Source: Candidatus Delongbacteria bacterium (GTDB lineage: Bacteria > CAIWAD01). Taken from it: a stretch of 64,000 nt of DNA. Made by a program: the position numbers and the translations under genes. This document shows positions 54,170 to 63,660 of this stretch, in pieces (position 1 is the stretch's first letter; each line of letters begins with the position of its first letter). The DNA lies in the NCBI GenBank assembly GCA_963663545.1, contig OY760505.1, positions 640,001 to 704,000 on the forward strand, read 5' to 3'. The notes under the pieces are model-generated. The model had not been told where the DNA came from, did not search any database, and was given only the letters and a program-made list of their open reading frames with translations.

Positions 54170-55264
54170 CTAGTGTTGGTGAATTGCAGTACCTGTGAAA
54201 ATGGCCGTCAGCAGCGTGAAGATGTAGGCCTGCAAAAAGGCAACGAAGATTTCCATCATGCTGATGGCTACGGCTACCGCCACACAGGGAATAGCCAGCA
54301 CAGGCACGATGATCAGCCCAAGGAAGGCGGTCAGCACGGCGTGTCCGGCCATCATGTTGGCAAAAAGACGAACACAGAGGGCAAAGGGCTTGGTGATCAG
54401 ACCCAGCAGCTCAACGGGTGCCAGAATGATCAGCACAGGCCAGGGTACGCCGTGCGGGATAAGCCCTTTGAAATAGCCGACAAAGCCGTGCTCGCGAATA
54501 CCCGCCCATTGGATGAGGATAAAAGAGCAGAAAGCCAGTCCGGCGGTCACCGACAGGTTTCCGGTGGCACTTGAGCCCCAGGGCAACATGCCCAGCAGGT
54601 TCATCAGCAGAATGAAGAAGAACACCGTGAGGAAGTAGGGCATGTATTTGCGCCCCTCTTCGCCGGTATTCGGCAGAACCATTTCATCGCGCACAAAGAC
54701 AACCAGAGCCTCGATCACGTTTGCCCAACCGCGGACCCCCGGCTTTCCGGCCTTGTTGCGCACCGGCAGCACCATCAGCAACACCAGTGCCACGGCGAAC
54801 AGCATGAAGAGCATGTGCTTACTAAGCATGAAATAGGCGCGACCGTCCTCATCCTGCACTCGCCACAGAATGACCGGATTGCCCTCTGCAGTCGCACGGT
54901 GAATGCCATCGAGGAAAGGCACACGCACCTTCAGGTGACTCAGGTCGATGGGAAAACCAAAGAGCTCGAACTCCGGTTGATCGACAAGGTGATGTTCGAT
55001 GTTGTGCTTGATGATGGCACCCACCGAATGATCCTCGTGCCCGCCCCCATGCCCGTCCGCAGACTCGGCATGGGACTCACCATGTCCGTGATGCACATCA
55101 GCAGCCTCATCGGCGGTATGTGACACATGGTTTCCCTGGTCCGCGTCCGACTGATGCGTGACCGACTGATGGTGTTGCTCCTGCGCCGGAACACTTGTCG
55201 CTCCCGCGACAGAGAAACAGACGCCCAGCAACAGCACGAATAGAAGACGATGAATCTTAGTCAT
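54170..55264 (-). CDS. atpB: ATP synthase Fo subunit a with signal-like, His-rich N-terminal extension
   Basis: NLLGMLP, ALCVRLFANMMAGH, LQAYIFTLL. Confidence 0.95.
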   Translation of the reverse strand: MTKIHRLLFVLLLGVCFSVAGATSVPAQEQHHQSVTHQSDADQGNHVSHTADEAADVHHGHGESHAESADGHGGGHEDHSVGAIIKHNIEHHLVDQPEFELFGFPIDLSHLKVRVPFLDGIHRATAEGNPVILWRVQDEDGRAYFMLSKHMLFMLFAVALVLLMVLPVRNKAGKPGVRGWANVIEALVVFVRDEMVLPNTGEEGRKYMPYFLTVFFFILLMNLLGMLPWGSSATGNLSVTAGLAFCSFILIQWAGIREHGFVGYFKGLIPHGVPWPVLIILAPVELLGLITKPFALCVRLFANMMAGHAVLTAFLGLIIVPVLAIPCVAVAVAISMMEIFVAFLQAYIFTLLTAIFTGTAIHQH

Positions 55265-55565
55265 GTGGCTTCCCGGGATCGACATCACGTGACACTCGAC
55301 CATATAGTACGAATTGCAGGATAAGCAACGGCAAGAAAGTGGCCATCATGGCGAGGGCAAAATGCACCGCCGTATCACGGCTGTAATACACGACCGCCGC
55401 AACAAGCACCACAATCAGCAGCAGTTTCAGTAGAAAAGCAGCGACAAACCTTGCCATCAGTGTAGTGAGTTCCCCGCCGATGGCCGGACGAACCAGCAGG
55501 TGTCCAATCATGACGAAAAACAGGCCTGTCAGAATACCACTCGAAACCGCTAGCAGAGGACTCAT
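55257..55565 (-). CDS. AtpI-like membrane protein
   Basis: Hydrophobic protein starting MSPLLAV, between atpZ and atpB. Confidence 0.7.
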   Translation of the reverse strand: MSPLLAVSSGILTGLFFVMIGHLLVRPAIGGELTTLMARFVAAFLLKLLLIVVLVAAVVYYSRDTAVHFALAMMATFLPLLILQFVLYGRVSRDVDPGKPHD

Positions 55566-55816
55566 TTGTTCCTCTTCTTCTCTTCTTCCTCGCTCATCCT
55601 CTTCAACATGACCACCAGCCAGACCATCGCCAAGGTAAACCCAAGCACGGTTCCCAGCAAGGTCAGCCAAGGCAGCCATCCGAAACGAAGATCCAGACGA
55701 TACCCGCCATAAACACACAGCAGGAGCGTCAAGGCAAATCTCAACCCCAGATCCCCGTGCCGAGCAAGCTCATACATAAGGGAATCCGGTTTGGTCGGAC
55801 CACCCGACGGGGTCAC
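55562..55816 (-). CDS. AtpZ/AtpI-family protein
   Basis: GGYRLDLRFGWLPWLTLLG motif. Confidence 0.85.
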   Translation of the reverse strand: MTPSGGPTKPDSLMYELARHGDLGLRFALTLLLCVYGGYRLDLRFGWLPWLTLLGTVLGFTLAMVWLVVMLKRMSEEEEKKRNK

Positions 55817-56229
55817 CGCTGGGGCTGTCCCGGCTTCTGGAAGCTGTCCTTCTGTCCGCCGGGCTGCTGCTGGGGCTGGGTCTGGGTGATGGTGGCACCC
55901 TTACCGCCCATGGAGCACATACCCTCGAACTGGGCGCCGTCTTCAATGACCAGACGCACGGTGACCAGATCGCCCTCGAGACGGCTGGTACCTTTCAGCT
56001 CCACCTTCTCGGCAGCCTTAATGCCGCCCTTGACCTTGCCAGCGGTGATGATATTCTTAGCGGTCAGATTGCCATCGACAATGCCGCTCTCGCCCACGGT
56101 GATGGTCGCGTCGCTGCGAACCTCGCCCTTCAGCTTGCCGTCGATGCGCACGGGGTCCGTGCTGTTCAGCTTGCCGTCAAACTCAGCATTCTTCGAAAGA
56201 ATGGTTTCACCGGGTGTGTTGCCGTTCAT
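55813..56229 (-). CDS. Bactofilin (polymer-forming cytoskeletal protein)
   Basis: VRIDGKLKGEV, VGESGIVDGNL, LVIEDGAQFEG. Confidence 0.92.
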   Translation of the reverse strand: MNGNTPGETILSKNAEFDGKLNSTDPVRIDGKLKGEVRSDATITVGESGIVDGNLTAKNIITAGKVKGGIKAAEKVELKGTSRLEGDLVTVRLVIEDGAQFEGMCSMGGKGATITQTQPQQQPGGQKDSFQKPGQPQR

Positions 56230-56921
56230 TCAGGCTTCTCCCTTTGGGTATGAAAATCAAGATATGCCAGTGGATCCTGAGGACGTCCCTTGCGTAACAC
56301 GGCGTAGTGCAGATGCGCGCCGCCGTCTTCTCCGGCCGGTGCAATGCGACCGACTACTTCCCCGCGTGCTACACGTTGTCCCAACTTCACCATCGGGCCG
56401 GCCAGGTGTCCGTACCACGTGCTAATGCCGTCTTCGTGTTGCACGCCCACCAGAAAGCCCCAGGTCCGGGTCCAGTCAGAGAACATAATAAAGCCACCCG
56501 CTGTGGCGAAGACCGGACTGCCCGCCTGGGCCGCCAAATCGACGCCGGGGTGATCCAGGCTGCCTGGCCAGGATTCCCGCACATAGCCGCGGGTCAGCAC
56601 TCCTTCAACGGGATTCAGTCCAGGAAGCCCCGGACCATCGGGCAGGCCCGTACCAGGACCCGTGAACACCTGACTGCGACCGGGAACAGGCTCCTCCCGA
56701 TCCAGACCGATGCCGACACCCAGCCCTTGATTAAGGCGCCGTTCGACGGCACGCAAGGCGGCAAGCTCGCGACTAAGCTCCCGCACTTTCAACACCTCGC
56801 GTTTGAGGCGTTGATTCTCAAGGCGACACAGCCAACTGTTCCCCTGATGAAAGAGCAGCCAACCGTAGTGCACGGTTGCCGTCAATAGAACCAGGATCAC
56901 GATAAGCTTGCTTTGGCGCAT
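56226..56921 (-). CDS. M23-family metallopeptidase, membrane anchored
   Basis: HPGVD, YGHL and HLHY zinc motifs; N-terminal TM segment and coiled coil. Confidence 0.9.
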   Translation of the reverse strand: MRQSKLIVILVLLTATVHYGWLLFHQGNSWLCRLENQRLKREVLKVRELSRELAALRAVERRLNQGLGVGIGLDREEPVPGRSQVFTGPGTGLPDGPGLPGLNPVEGVLTRGYVRESWPGSLDHPGVDLAAQAGSPVFATAGGFIMFSDWTRTWGFLVGVQHEDGISTWYGHLAGPMVKLGQRVARGEVVGRIAPAGEDGGAHLHYAVLRKGRPQDPLAYLDFHTQREKPE

Positions 56922-57209
56922 GACCGACCTTGCCGTCGACGAAAACCTCATGTTACCAAATCGTCAGCGACTTCGCGACGCCTCCGGCGCTTTGTGGCAC
57001 ACGAAAACGTCGCTTTGACGCAAGATTGTGACACAAATTTGAGGAGCAAAGCTGCGCCTGTGGCGGATTGGTGGTGAAGCCTTGTTTTGTCCACCCAACC
57101 TGACAACCGAAAACAGCCTTGAGCGTGCGGGCATTTGAAGCTGGAGTTTAGCATCGCGCTTCGTTACCATGGTGTCGCGATCACGTCTCTCCTGAATCGG
57201 GGAGACACC

Positions 57210-58436
57210 ATGAACAAGCTCATCCCATTCACCCCAGACTTTGGACACTCTGACGGCTCTACCGAACACAGCGTAGAGGAATACTGCCTGATTAGCCGCC
57301 GTATTCCACCTCCGCTGGGGGCTTTGCTCCTGCTTGACGATCTGCGTTCGCGACGCAGGGATCGGCTGCTCACCATTACAGCCTTGCTGCGTCTTCTTCG
57401 CGGTCGTCTTGCGCACGCGTTGCCAGCCCTTTCCAGAGAGTTCTTCCCGGCTCAAAGTCTGGAGAGTGTGAGCCCTGCATTGCGAAGCCTTGTTCGCATG
57501 CGCAGTCTGGCGGCCGATGGAAAGCGCGTCCGCTTGCGTGAAGCCCTCAAATGTTGGTCCAAAACGGGCGATAGCACTAACGAGGTCGAAGTGTTGTCCC
57601 TCAGAAGAGCCTGCGTGCGCGAAGGAAGCACAGCCTGGGAACGCTTGCTCAGCCAGGAGCTTCTGTTGCGATCCGGTGCTCACGAAGACTGGTTGTATCA
57701 CGAGCTGCGCTGGCTGTATCACCAGATGCACCGGCGCAAACTGGGCGTGTTACAAAGCGCCGATAATCACCGGATTCGCGCACGTGAGGTTGGCGTTTTT
57801 TTTGATCCTGCGCAGATTCGGCAGGAACCTCGCTGGAGCCTGGCGCGTGTTCGCAATCTCCTGCAGCTGATGCCGTCCGGTCTGCCGCTGGCGCTGGTCA
57901 AGCGTTTTCTTGCCGGAGGCGCATGGGAGCTTCGACTCCCGCTGGAAGCATGGCCACACATGAGTCCGTTGTTAAGCATGCTGGGAGCAGGAACGAACCA
58001 TCTTGAACTTCCCCTGGGAAGCTGGCCTTGTACGCTCCCCGACTGCGGTCAACACCCGGGAACACTGGTGCTGTATCGACGAGATGAGGCTCCGTTACGC
58101 CATCATGAATTGGAAGAAGTCTGCGCCGCCGGCTGGCAGGTAATTGTGCTCTGCGACGAGGACGCGGCTCCAGGTAATCTCCCGCTGCTGGAAAGCGGAA
58201 TCCATCGCGGACGGTTGCATCTAAGTGGTGTATCACGAAATGCAGATAGCCGTGTGCTGCCGTTGAAGGATTACATGCGGCGTGTCGAACGACGCTACAT
58301 CGAAGAAGTTCTGAGTCTTCATGCAGGAGTGAAAACACGTGCCTGCGCCAGTCTTTGTATCACACGACAAACCCTTTACTCCAAACTGAGCAACACCGAA
58401 CCGCGAGCGGCTGAAAGCGGGGAGGTGGGCCGATGA
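57210..58436 (+). CDS. Putative regulator with C-terminal Fis-type HTH and degenerate sigma54-activator-like region
   Basis: GGAG RBS; C-terminus VERRYIEEVL...KTRACASLCITRQTLYSKL. Confidence 0.7.
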   Translation: MNKLIPFTPDFGHSDGSTEHSVEEYCLISRRIPPPLGALLLLDDLRSRRRDRLLTITALLRLLRGRLAHALPALSREFFPAQSLESVSPALRSLVRMRSLAADGKRVRLREALKCWSKTGDSTNEVEVLSLRRACVREGSTAWERLLSQELLLRSGAHEDWLYHELRWLYHQMHRRKLGVLQSADNHRIRAREVGVFFDPAQIRQEPRWSLARVRNLLQLMPSGLPLALVKRFLAGGAWELRLPLEAWPHMSPLLSMLGAGTNHLELPLGSWPCTLPDCGQHPGTLVLYRRDEAPLRHHELEEVCAAGWQVIVLCDEDAAPGNLPLLESGIHRGRLHLSGVSRNADSRVLPLKDYMRRVERRYIEEVLSLHAGVKTRACASLCITRQTLYSKLSNTEPRAAESGEVGR

Positions 58437-58534
58437 GACGCGTTTTCCTGGCTGTATTGCTGTGCGCATCCTGTTGCAGCAAACGAATCACGAACCAAGA
58501 ATGGAATCACGAGTGTATCACGGAGTTTGCCGGA

Positions 58535-59815
58535 TCAATCAACGCCAGCCGAGCAGTCTTCGCCGCGGAGCAAGCTACAGATGCGTTCGATGTCGCGGTC
58601 GGCGGGTGGGTTTACAAGCAAGCTGTAGACACGACGGCTGTCGGCGTCCACCACGCTGACGTGCACATTCCCCAGCAGCCCTTGTTCGCCACGCGTAGGA
58701 ATACGCCCCAGCGTTTCCAGCAACCACCCTCCGACAGTATCAGCTTCGGTGTCCGGCATGGAACACTCCAGCGCCTGCACGAAGTGTTCGACCCGAGTGG
58801 CGGCGTCCACCAGAATGCGGTCGCCGCGCCGTTCGGTGGGACGCAAAGGCTGGCGATCGTGCTCGTCGACGATCTCGCCCACAAGTTCCTCCAGCAGATC
58901 CTCCATGGTGACAATGCCCGCCGTACCGCCGTATTCATCCAGCACCACAGCAATGTTGAGATTGTGCCTGCCAAAGGTAGCCAGCAGGTCGCGCGCGTTC
59001 ATCACCTCGGGAAAATGACTGATGGGCCGTTTGACCTCACGAAGCGTTGTTGGATTGCGAAAGGCATCGCGCGCCGTGACATAACCAACAATGCGGTCAA
59101 GGTCTCCGCGGTAAACGGGAAACTTGGAGAAGCCTGTTGCCAGAGTCAGCTCAATGAGCCGTGATACAGGTTCATCTTCGGCCAAAGCGGCAACTTGCGT
59201 ACGGGGGGTCATCAGATCGTGGACTGTCCGTTCACGCAGACTCAAGGCACGCTCCAGCAACTCTGAGGCAGCCTGCTCAATCAGTCCGCTGCGACCGGCG
59301 TTGTCGAACACATAGCCCAACTGTGAACGAAGCCCTTCACCAACGCGGTGATCCAGTCCCCCCATTAAACGACGTAACACAGCAGAAATCAGCCGCAGGA
59401 AACTGACCGCCGGCAGAAAAAGCAACTCGAAGAAACGTGCACTGCTGCTGACTCGCGGAAAGAGCTCATGCGCATAGCTGTGTCCCAACTGCTTGGCCAT
59501 CACCTCGCCGATGAGCAGCACACCAATGGCGACCAGAGGAAAGACGGCCCACTCAGGCCAGCCCAGACTGATCAGCCAAAGAGTGGCAAACGAGGTAGTC
59601 AGCGTATTAGCGAGATTGTTACCCACGAGCATGGTGATCAGAAAGTTGTCCGGATCTCGGTGATACACCATTGTCCAGCGCGAGCCAGGCTTGCGCTGAT
59701 GCTTCCACATGAGCACGTACAAGGTGTTGAGGCTCGTGAAAGCCAGCTCGGCGCCCGCAAAATAGGCCGACAATAGCAGCCCGATCAATGTCCCCAGCGA
59801 ACCCACCAGGATCAT
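58535..59815 (-). CDS. Hemolysin-like CNNM/CBS/CorC protein
   Basis: SAYFAGAELA, MLVGNNLAN, MTPR, VLDEYGGTAGIVTMEDLLEELVGEIVDE. Confidence 0.93.
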   Translation of the reverse strand: MILVGSLGTLIGLLLSAYFAGAELAFTSLNTLYVLMWKHQRKPGSRWTMVYHRDPDNFLITMLVGNNLANTLTTSFATLWLISLGWPEWAVFPLVAIGVLLIGEVMAKQLGHSYAHELFPRVSSSARFFELLFLPAVSFLRLISAVLRRLMGGLDHRVGEGLRSQLGYVFDNAGRSGLIEQAASELLERALSLRERTVHDLMTPRTQVAALAEDEPVSRLIELTLATGFSKFPVYRGDLDRIVGYVTARDAFRNPTTLREVKRPISHFPEVMNARDLLATFGRHNLNIAVVLDEYGGTAGIVTMEDLLEELVGEIVDEHDRQPLRPTERRGDRILVDAATRVEHFVQALECSMPDTEADTVGGWLLETLGRIPTRGEQGLLGNVHVSVVDADSRRVYSLLVNPPADRDIERICSLLRGEDCSAGVD

Positions 59816-60426
59816 TTCACTTCTCCGCGTCCCTGTATCACATCAAGAAGCTCTGCGCGAATTGCCTCGATCTGACTTACCGGTACGCCTAGGATCATCC
59901 GCACTCGCGTGGTGCATTCGAGTTCCCGCTCAACAGCGTGATACTTTGCCACCAGGCGACGGACAAGAGTCATTGCGCTGTACTCAAACTCCAGCTCCAA
60001 GGCCCGTCGAAGAACCACGGTTTCGCGTGTTACAAGCTCCAGTGCCTGTTGAGCTGTTCCGCCGTAAGCGCGCGTCAGGCCTCCGGTTCCCAGTTTCACA
60101 CCACCATACCAGCGTATCACGACAACCATTGTCTCACGCAAGCCGGCTCCCTGGATCGCACGCAAGATGGGTTGCCCCGCTGTTCCACTGGGTTCACCGT
60201 CGTCGCTGTAGTGGAAGTCTTCACTGCCCGCGCCAAGCTGCCAGGCGCTGCAATGGTGAGTGGCTTTGTAATGGACGCGCTTCTGTTCAGCTAGAATTCC
60301 CTGCGCCTCTTCATCGGAAGTCACCGGAAACACAAGCCCCAGAAAGCGTGACTTTTGAATACGTTCCTCGTACTCCGCCTCTGCCGCCGGGCGTTCGTAT
60401 AAGTCCTCTGGCGCAATCTCACTCAT
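59812..60426 (-). CDS. yigZ: IMPACT/YigZ family protein
   Basis: KSRF, ATHHCSAW, SDDGEPSGTAG, RWYGGVKLGTGGL. Confidence 0.93.
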   Translation of the reverse strand: MSEIAPEDLYERPAAEAEYEERIQKSRFLGLVFPVTSDEEAQGILAEQKRVHYKATHHCSAWQLGAGSEDFHYSDDGEPSGTAGQPILRAIQGAGLRETMVVVIRWYGGVKLGTGGLTRAYGGTAQQALELVTRETVVLRRALELEFEYSAMTLVRRLVAKYHAVERELECTTRVRMILGVPVSQIEAIRAELLDVIQGRGEVK

Positions 60427-61235
60427 TCGTCCTCATCCTCTGCCTGTGACACAGTTGCGATCTCGTCAGCGGGCAATGTGCCCTGACCGCTCTGCCAGTC
60501 TTCCAAGCTGAGTTTCTTGAGACGATTGTAGCCCTGGTCCGCCGCCGCCTGCTCCGCACGCTTCTTGCTGGACCCTGTTCCACGGCCGACCGGACGGTTC
60601 TCGACGCGCGCCTCGATGACGAAGAACTTGCTGTGATCCGGTCCGTGCTCTTCCAGCAGCTCGTAGTGCGGGATGCCCAGCCCCCAGCGCTGCGACAGCT
60701 CCAACAGCAGACTTTTGTAATTGCGATTCTGGCGCGTGGCCTGCTTCAGATCCAAGTTGTCCAACACCAGTCGATCCACCAGGCCAATGGCAGCAGGCAG
60801 TCCACCGTCCAGAAAGACCGCGCCCAGTATGGCTTCAAAGGCGTCCTCGAGAATCGAATCACGGCGACGTCCGCCGGTGCGATCCTCGCTCTCTGAAAGG
60901 CGTAGTTGCTCACCTAGGCCGATGTTGCGAGCGATGCGAACGAGAAAGCGCCCCGAGACAACGATGGACTTGTACTTGGTCAGCTCGCCTTCCTTTTTCG
61001 TCGGAAAGCGGCTGTACAAGTAGTGTGATACAGCCAGATCGAGTACGGCGTCCCCCAGGAACTCCAGTCTTTCGTTGGAGTCCTGGCGTGTACTGTCTGC
61101 ATGCTGGCCGGTCCAGGAACGGTGCGTGAGGGCCTGCTCCAACATGGCCGGATCGCGAAAACAATAACCGATGCGGCGCTCGAACTCCTTTAGAGAATCC
61201 GAACGCCGCCTCAGAATGCGTCTTATCAAGTTCAT
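60423..61235 (-). CDS. rnc: Ribonuclease III
   Basis: NERLEFLGDAVL signature and dsRBD. Confidence 0.97.
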   Translation of the reverse strand: MNLIRRILRRRSDSLKEFERRIGYCFRDPAMLEQALTHRSWTGQHADSTRQDSNERLEFLGDAVLDLAVSHYLYSRFPTKKEGELTKYKSIVVSGRFLVRIARNIGLGEQLRLSESEDRTGGRRRDSILEDAFEAILGAVFLDGGLPAAIGLVDRLVLDNLDLKQATRQNRNYKSLLLELSQRWGLGIPHYELLEEHGPDHSKFFVIEARVENRPVGRGTGSSKKRAEQAAADQGYNRLKKLSLEDWQSGQGTLPADEIATVSQAEDEDE

Positions 61236-62473
61236 TAGAGAATCGTCTTGCGCAGGATCAGCGAAGCATTGTGCCCGCCGAAGCCAAATGCATTGCTCAG
61301 TCCGAATTCCATCTCCGCTGCAACCGCTTCCTTGGCCACGATCGGGACCGCCGCATCGGGATCCAGATTGTCCAGGTTGATGGTTGGCGGAACCAAACTG
61401 TTGCGCAGCGCAAGCAGCGTGGCAATGGCTTCCACCGCACCTGCGGCACCAAGCAGGTGGCCGGTCATCGATTTGGTCGAGTTGATCAGCAGCTTGTCCG
61501 CATGATCGCCAAAGACAGCGCGCAGCGCCTGCAGCTCGTTCATGTCGCCCACTGGCGTAGATGTGCCGTGAGTGTTGACGTGCTGAATGTCTTCGGGAGT
61601 TAGACCGGCTTCCTTCAGCGCCATCTTGATGGCACGCTGGGCGCCCTCGCCCTCGGGTGCCGGTGCGGTCAAGTGATAAGCGTCGGCGGTAAAGCCGATG
61701 CCGATGATCTCGCCCAGAATGTTCGCACCGCGCTCGCGGGCGTGTTCCAGCTCCTCCAGAATGAGAATACCGGCACCTTCGCCCATGACAAATCCATCGC
61801 GGTCGCGATCGAAAGGACGACTGGCCGTGGCGTAATTCTCATTGTTGGTGGACATGGCCTTCAGGGAGTTGAATCCACCCACACCCAAGGGACAGATGCT
61901 GGCTTCGGCGCCGCCGGCGACCATCAGGTCCGCCTGTCCGGCACGAATGGACATTACCGCACAACCGATGGCATGCAGTGAGCTGGCGCAGGCACTGACG
62001 GTACCGAAGTTCGGTCCGCGCAATCCCCAGCGAATGGAGACTTGTCCGGCCAGGATATCCGGAATCATCATCGGGATGTACATGGGCGGAATACGGCCCG
62101 GTCCCGAGTTCATCAGCTTCTCATGGGCATTCTCCGTCGACACCATGCCACCGATACCGCTGGCGATGATGACACCGAAGCGATCGCGGTCCACGCGTTC
62201 CAGGTCCAGACCGGAATGATCCATGGCCATCATGGTCGTCACCATGCCGTACTGGCAGAAGGTGTCCATGCGCTTGGCTTCGATCTTCTTGAGGAACTGG
62301 GTGACGTCGAAGTCCTTCACTTCGCAGGCGAAGGTTGTATCGAAGCCGGTTGTATCGAAGTGGCTGATGGGGCAGGCACCGGATTTACCCGTGCTGAGCC
62401 CTTGCCAGAAACTGTCCAGATCGTTGCCGATGGGGGTGAGCACACCGGCACCGGTGATCACGACACGTCGCAT
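61235..62473 (-). CDS. fabF: 3-oxoacyl-ACP synthase II
   Basis: RRVVITG, SACAS, HGTST, KSMTGHLLGAAG, FGFGGHN. Confidence 0.97.
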   Translation of the reverse strand: MRRVVITGAGVLTPIGNDLDSFWQGLSTGKSGACPISHFDTTGFDTTFACEVKDFDVTQFLKKIEAKRMDTFCQYGMVTTMMAMDHSGLDLERVDRDRFGVIIASGIGGMVSTENAHEKLMNSGPGRIPPMYIPMMIPDILAGQVSIRWGLRGPNFGTVSACASSLHAIGCAVMSIRAGQADLMVAGGAEASICPLGVGGFNSLKAMSTNNENYATASRPFDRDRDGFVMGEGAGILILEELEHARERGANILGEIIGIGFTADAYHLTAPAPEGEGAQRAIKMALKEAGLTPEDIQHVNTHGTSTPVGDMNELQALRAVFGDHADKLLINSTKSMTGHLLGAAGAVEAIATLLALRNSLVPPTINLDNLDPDAAVPIVAKEAVAAEMEFGLSNAFGFGGHNASLILRKTIL

Positions 62474-62562
62474 ATACGTTCCATCCTTTAACGGGGCGCT
62501 TAGCTTGCCGCAGTCCGACAACGGGCGGAGATCCCGCCAGGCAGGACCTCCGCCTGTGGATC

Positions 62563-62802
62563 TTAGTCGACCTTCGCGTCGAGGTAGTCGCAGACGGCGC
62601 CGACCGTAGTCAGAGTCTGTGCTTCCTCGTCGTCGATCTCTAGGTCGAACTCTTCTTCGAGGGCGTTGATCAGCTCAAAGCGCGCGATGGAATCGGCACC
62701 CAGGTCGCCGTCGAAAGAGGCATCCATGGTGATCTTGCTCTCGTCGTCCAGATCGAGGTTGTCCAGGATGATCTCCTTGACCTTGTCGAAATGCTTGGAC
62801 AT
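62563..62802 (-). CDS. acpP: Acyl carrier protein
   Basis: GGAG RBS; DLGADS phosphopantetheine site; LEEEF. Confidence 0.92.
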   Translation of the reverse strand: MSKHFDKVKEIILDNLDLDDESKITMDASFDGDLGADSIARFELINALEEEFDLEIDDEEAQTLTTVGAVCDYLDAKVD

Positions 62803-62870
62803 GCCTTGCTCCTTTGTATGAGTTCGGAATCTGGTTTTCAATGTAGCCTCAGCCACCGGGCCGGGCAAGA

Positions 62871-63605
62871 TTACATCCTCATGCCGCCGTCGACACTGAG
62901 GGTGTGACCTGTAATGTAAGAAGCTTCCTCGCCAGCCAGAAAGAAGACCGCGTTGGCAATATCCTCGGGGCTCGCGGTGCGGCCCAGCGGAATCTGCCGT
63001 TTCAGCTCTTGCTGCGCCTGCTCGGAAAGCTGCTCTGTCATTTCTGTGGAAACAAAGCCGGGAGCCACCGCATTGACGCGGATGTTGCGGCCGGCCAGCT
63101 CGCGAGCCAAGGTCTTGGTCAGGCCGAACATACCCGCCTTGGCAGCGGAATAATTCACCTGACCAGCGTTACCCATAAGGCCCACTACGGAGCTGATGTT
63201 GACGACACAGCCGCTACGCTGCTTCATCATAGGCTTGACCGCGTGTCTCACGGTGTTGAAAGCACCCTTAAGGTTGACATCCAACACCTGGTCCCACTGG
63301 CTTTCGCTCATACGCATCAGCAATGTATCACGGGTAATGCCAGCGTTGTTGATCAGCACGTCCAGGCGGCCATCCTTCTCGATGATGGCATCGATCAGTT
63401 CTTTCATGCCTTCGAAATCGGACACGTCGCCCTGACGGCCTTCTACATCCAGGCCTTCAGCACGGAAGGTCTGTTCCGCCTCACGAACGGCATCCTCACT
63501 CACATCCACGAACCAGACGCGATCGCCGGTCTTGGCAAATCGACGCAGGATCGAAGCTCCAATACCGCGGGCTCCTCCGGTCACCAGAACGATTCGCTGT
63601 TCCAT
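62871..63605 (-). CDS. fabG: 3-oxoacyl-ACP reductase
   Basis: TGGARGIG, NNAGITRD, YSAAK. Confidence 0.96.
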   Translation of the reverse strand: MEQRIVLVTGGARGIGASILRRFAKTGDRVWFVDVSEDAVREAEQTFRAEGLDVEGRQGDVSDFEGMKELIDAIIEKDGRLDVLINNAGITRDTLLMRMSESQWDQVLDVNLKGAFNTVRHAVKPMMKQRSGCVVNISSVVGLMGNAGQVNYSAAKAGMFGLTKTLARELAGRNIRVNAVAPGFVSTEMTEQLSEQAQQELKRQIPLGRTASPEDIANAVFFLAGEEASYITGHTLSVDGGMRM

Positions 63606-63660
63606 GATGTGCTCCTGTCACTTCTGCTTTTGTATCACCGTGACACAAAATCAATATGTA

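Noticed and set aside
62524..62556. Alternative hairpins between acpP and fabF as a riboswitch
   Set aside because: Short GC stems only; no recognisable aptamer.
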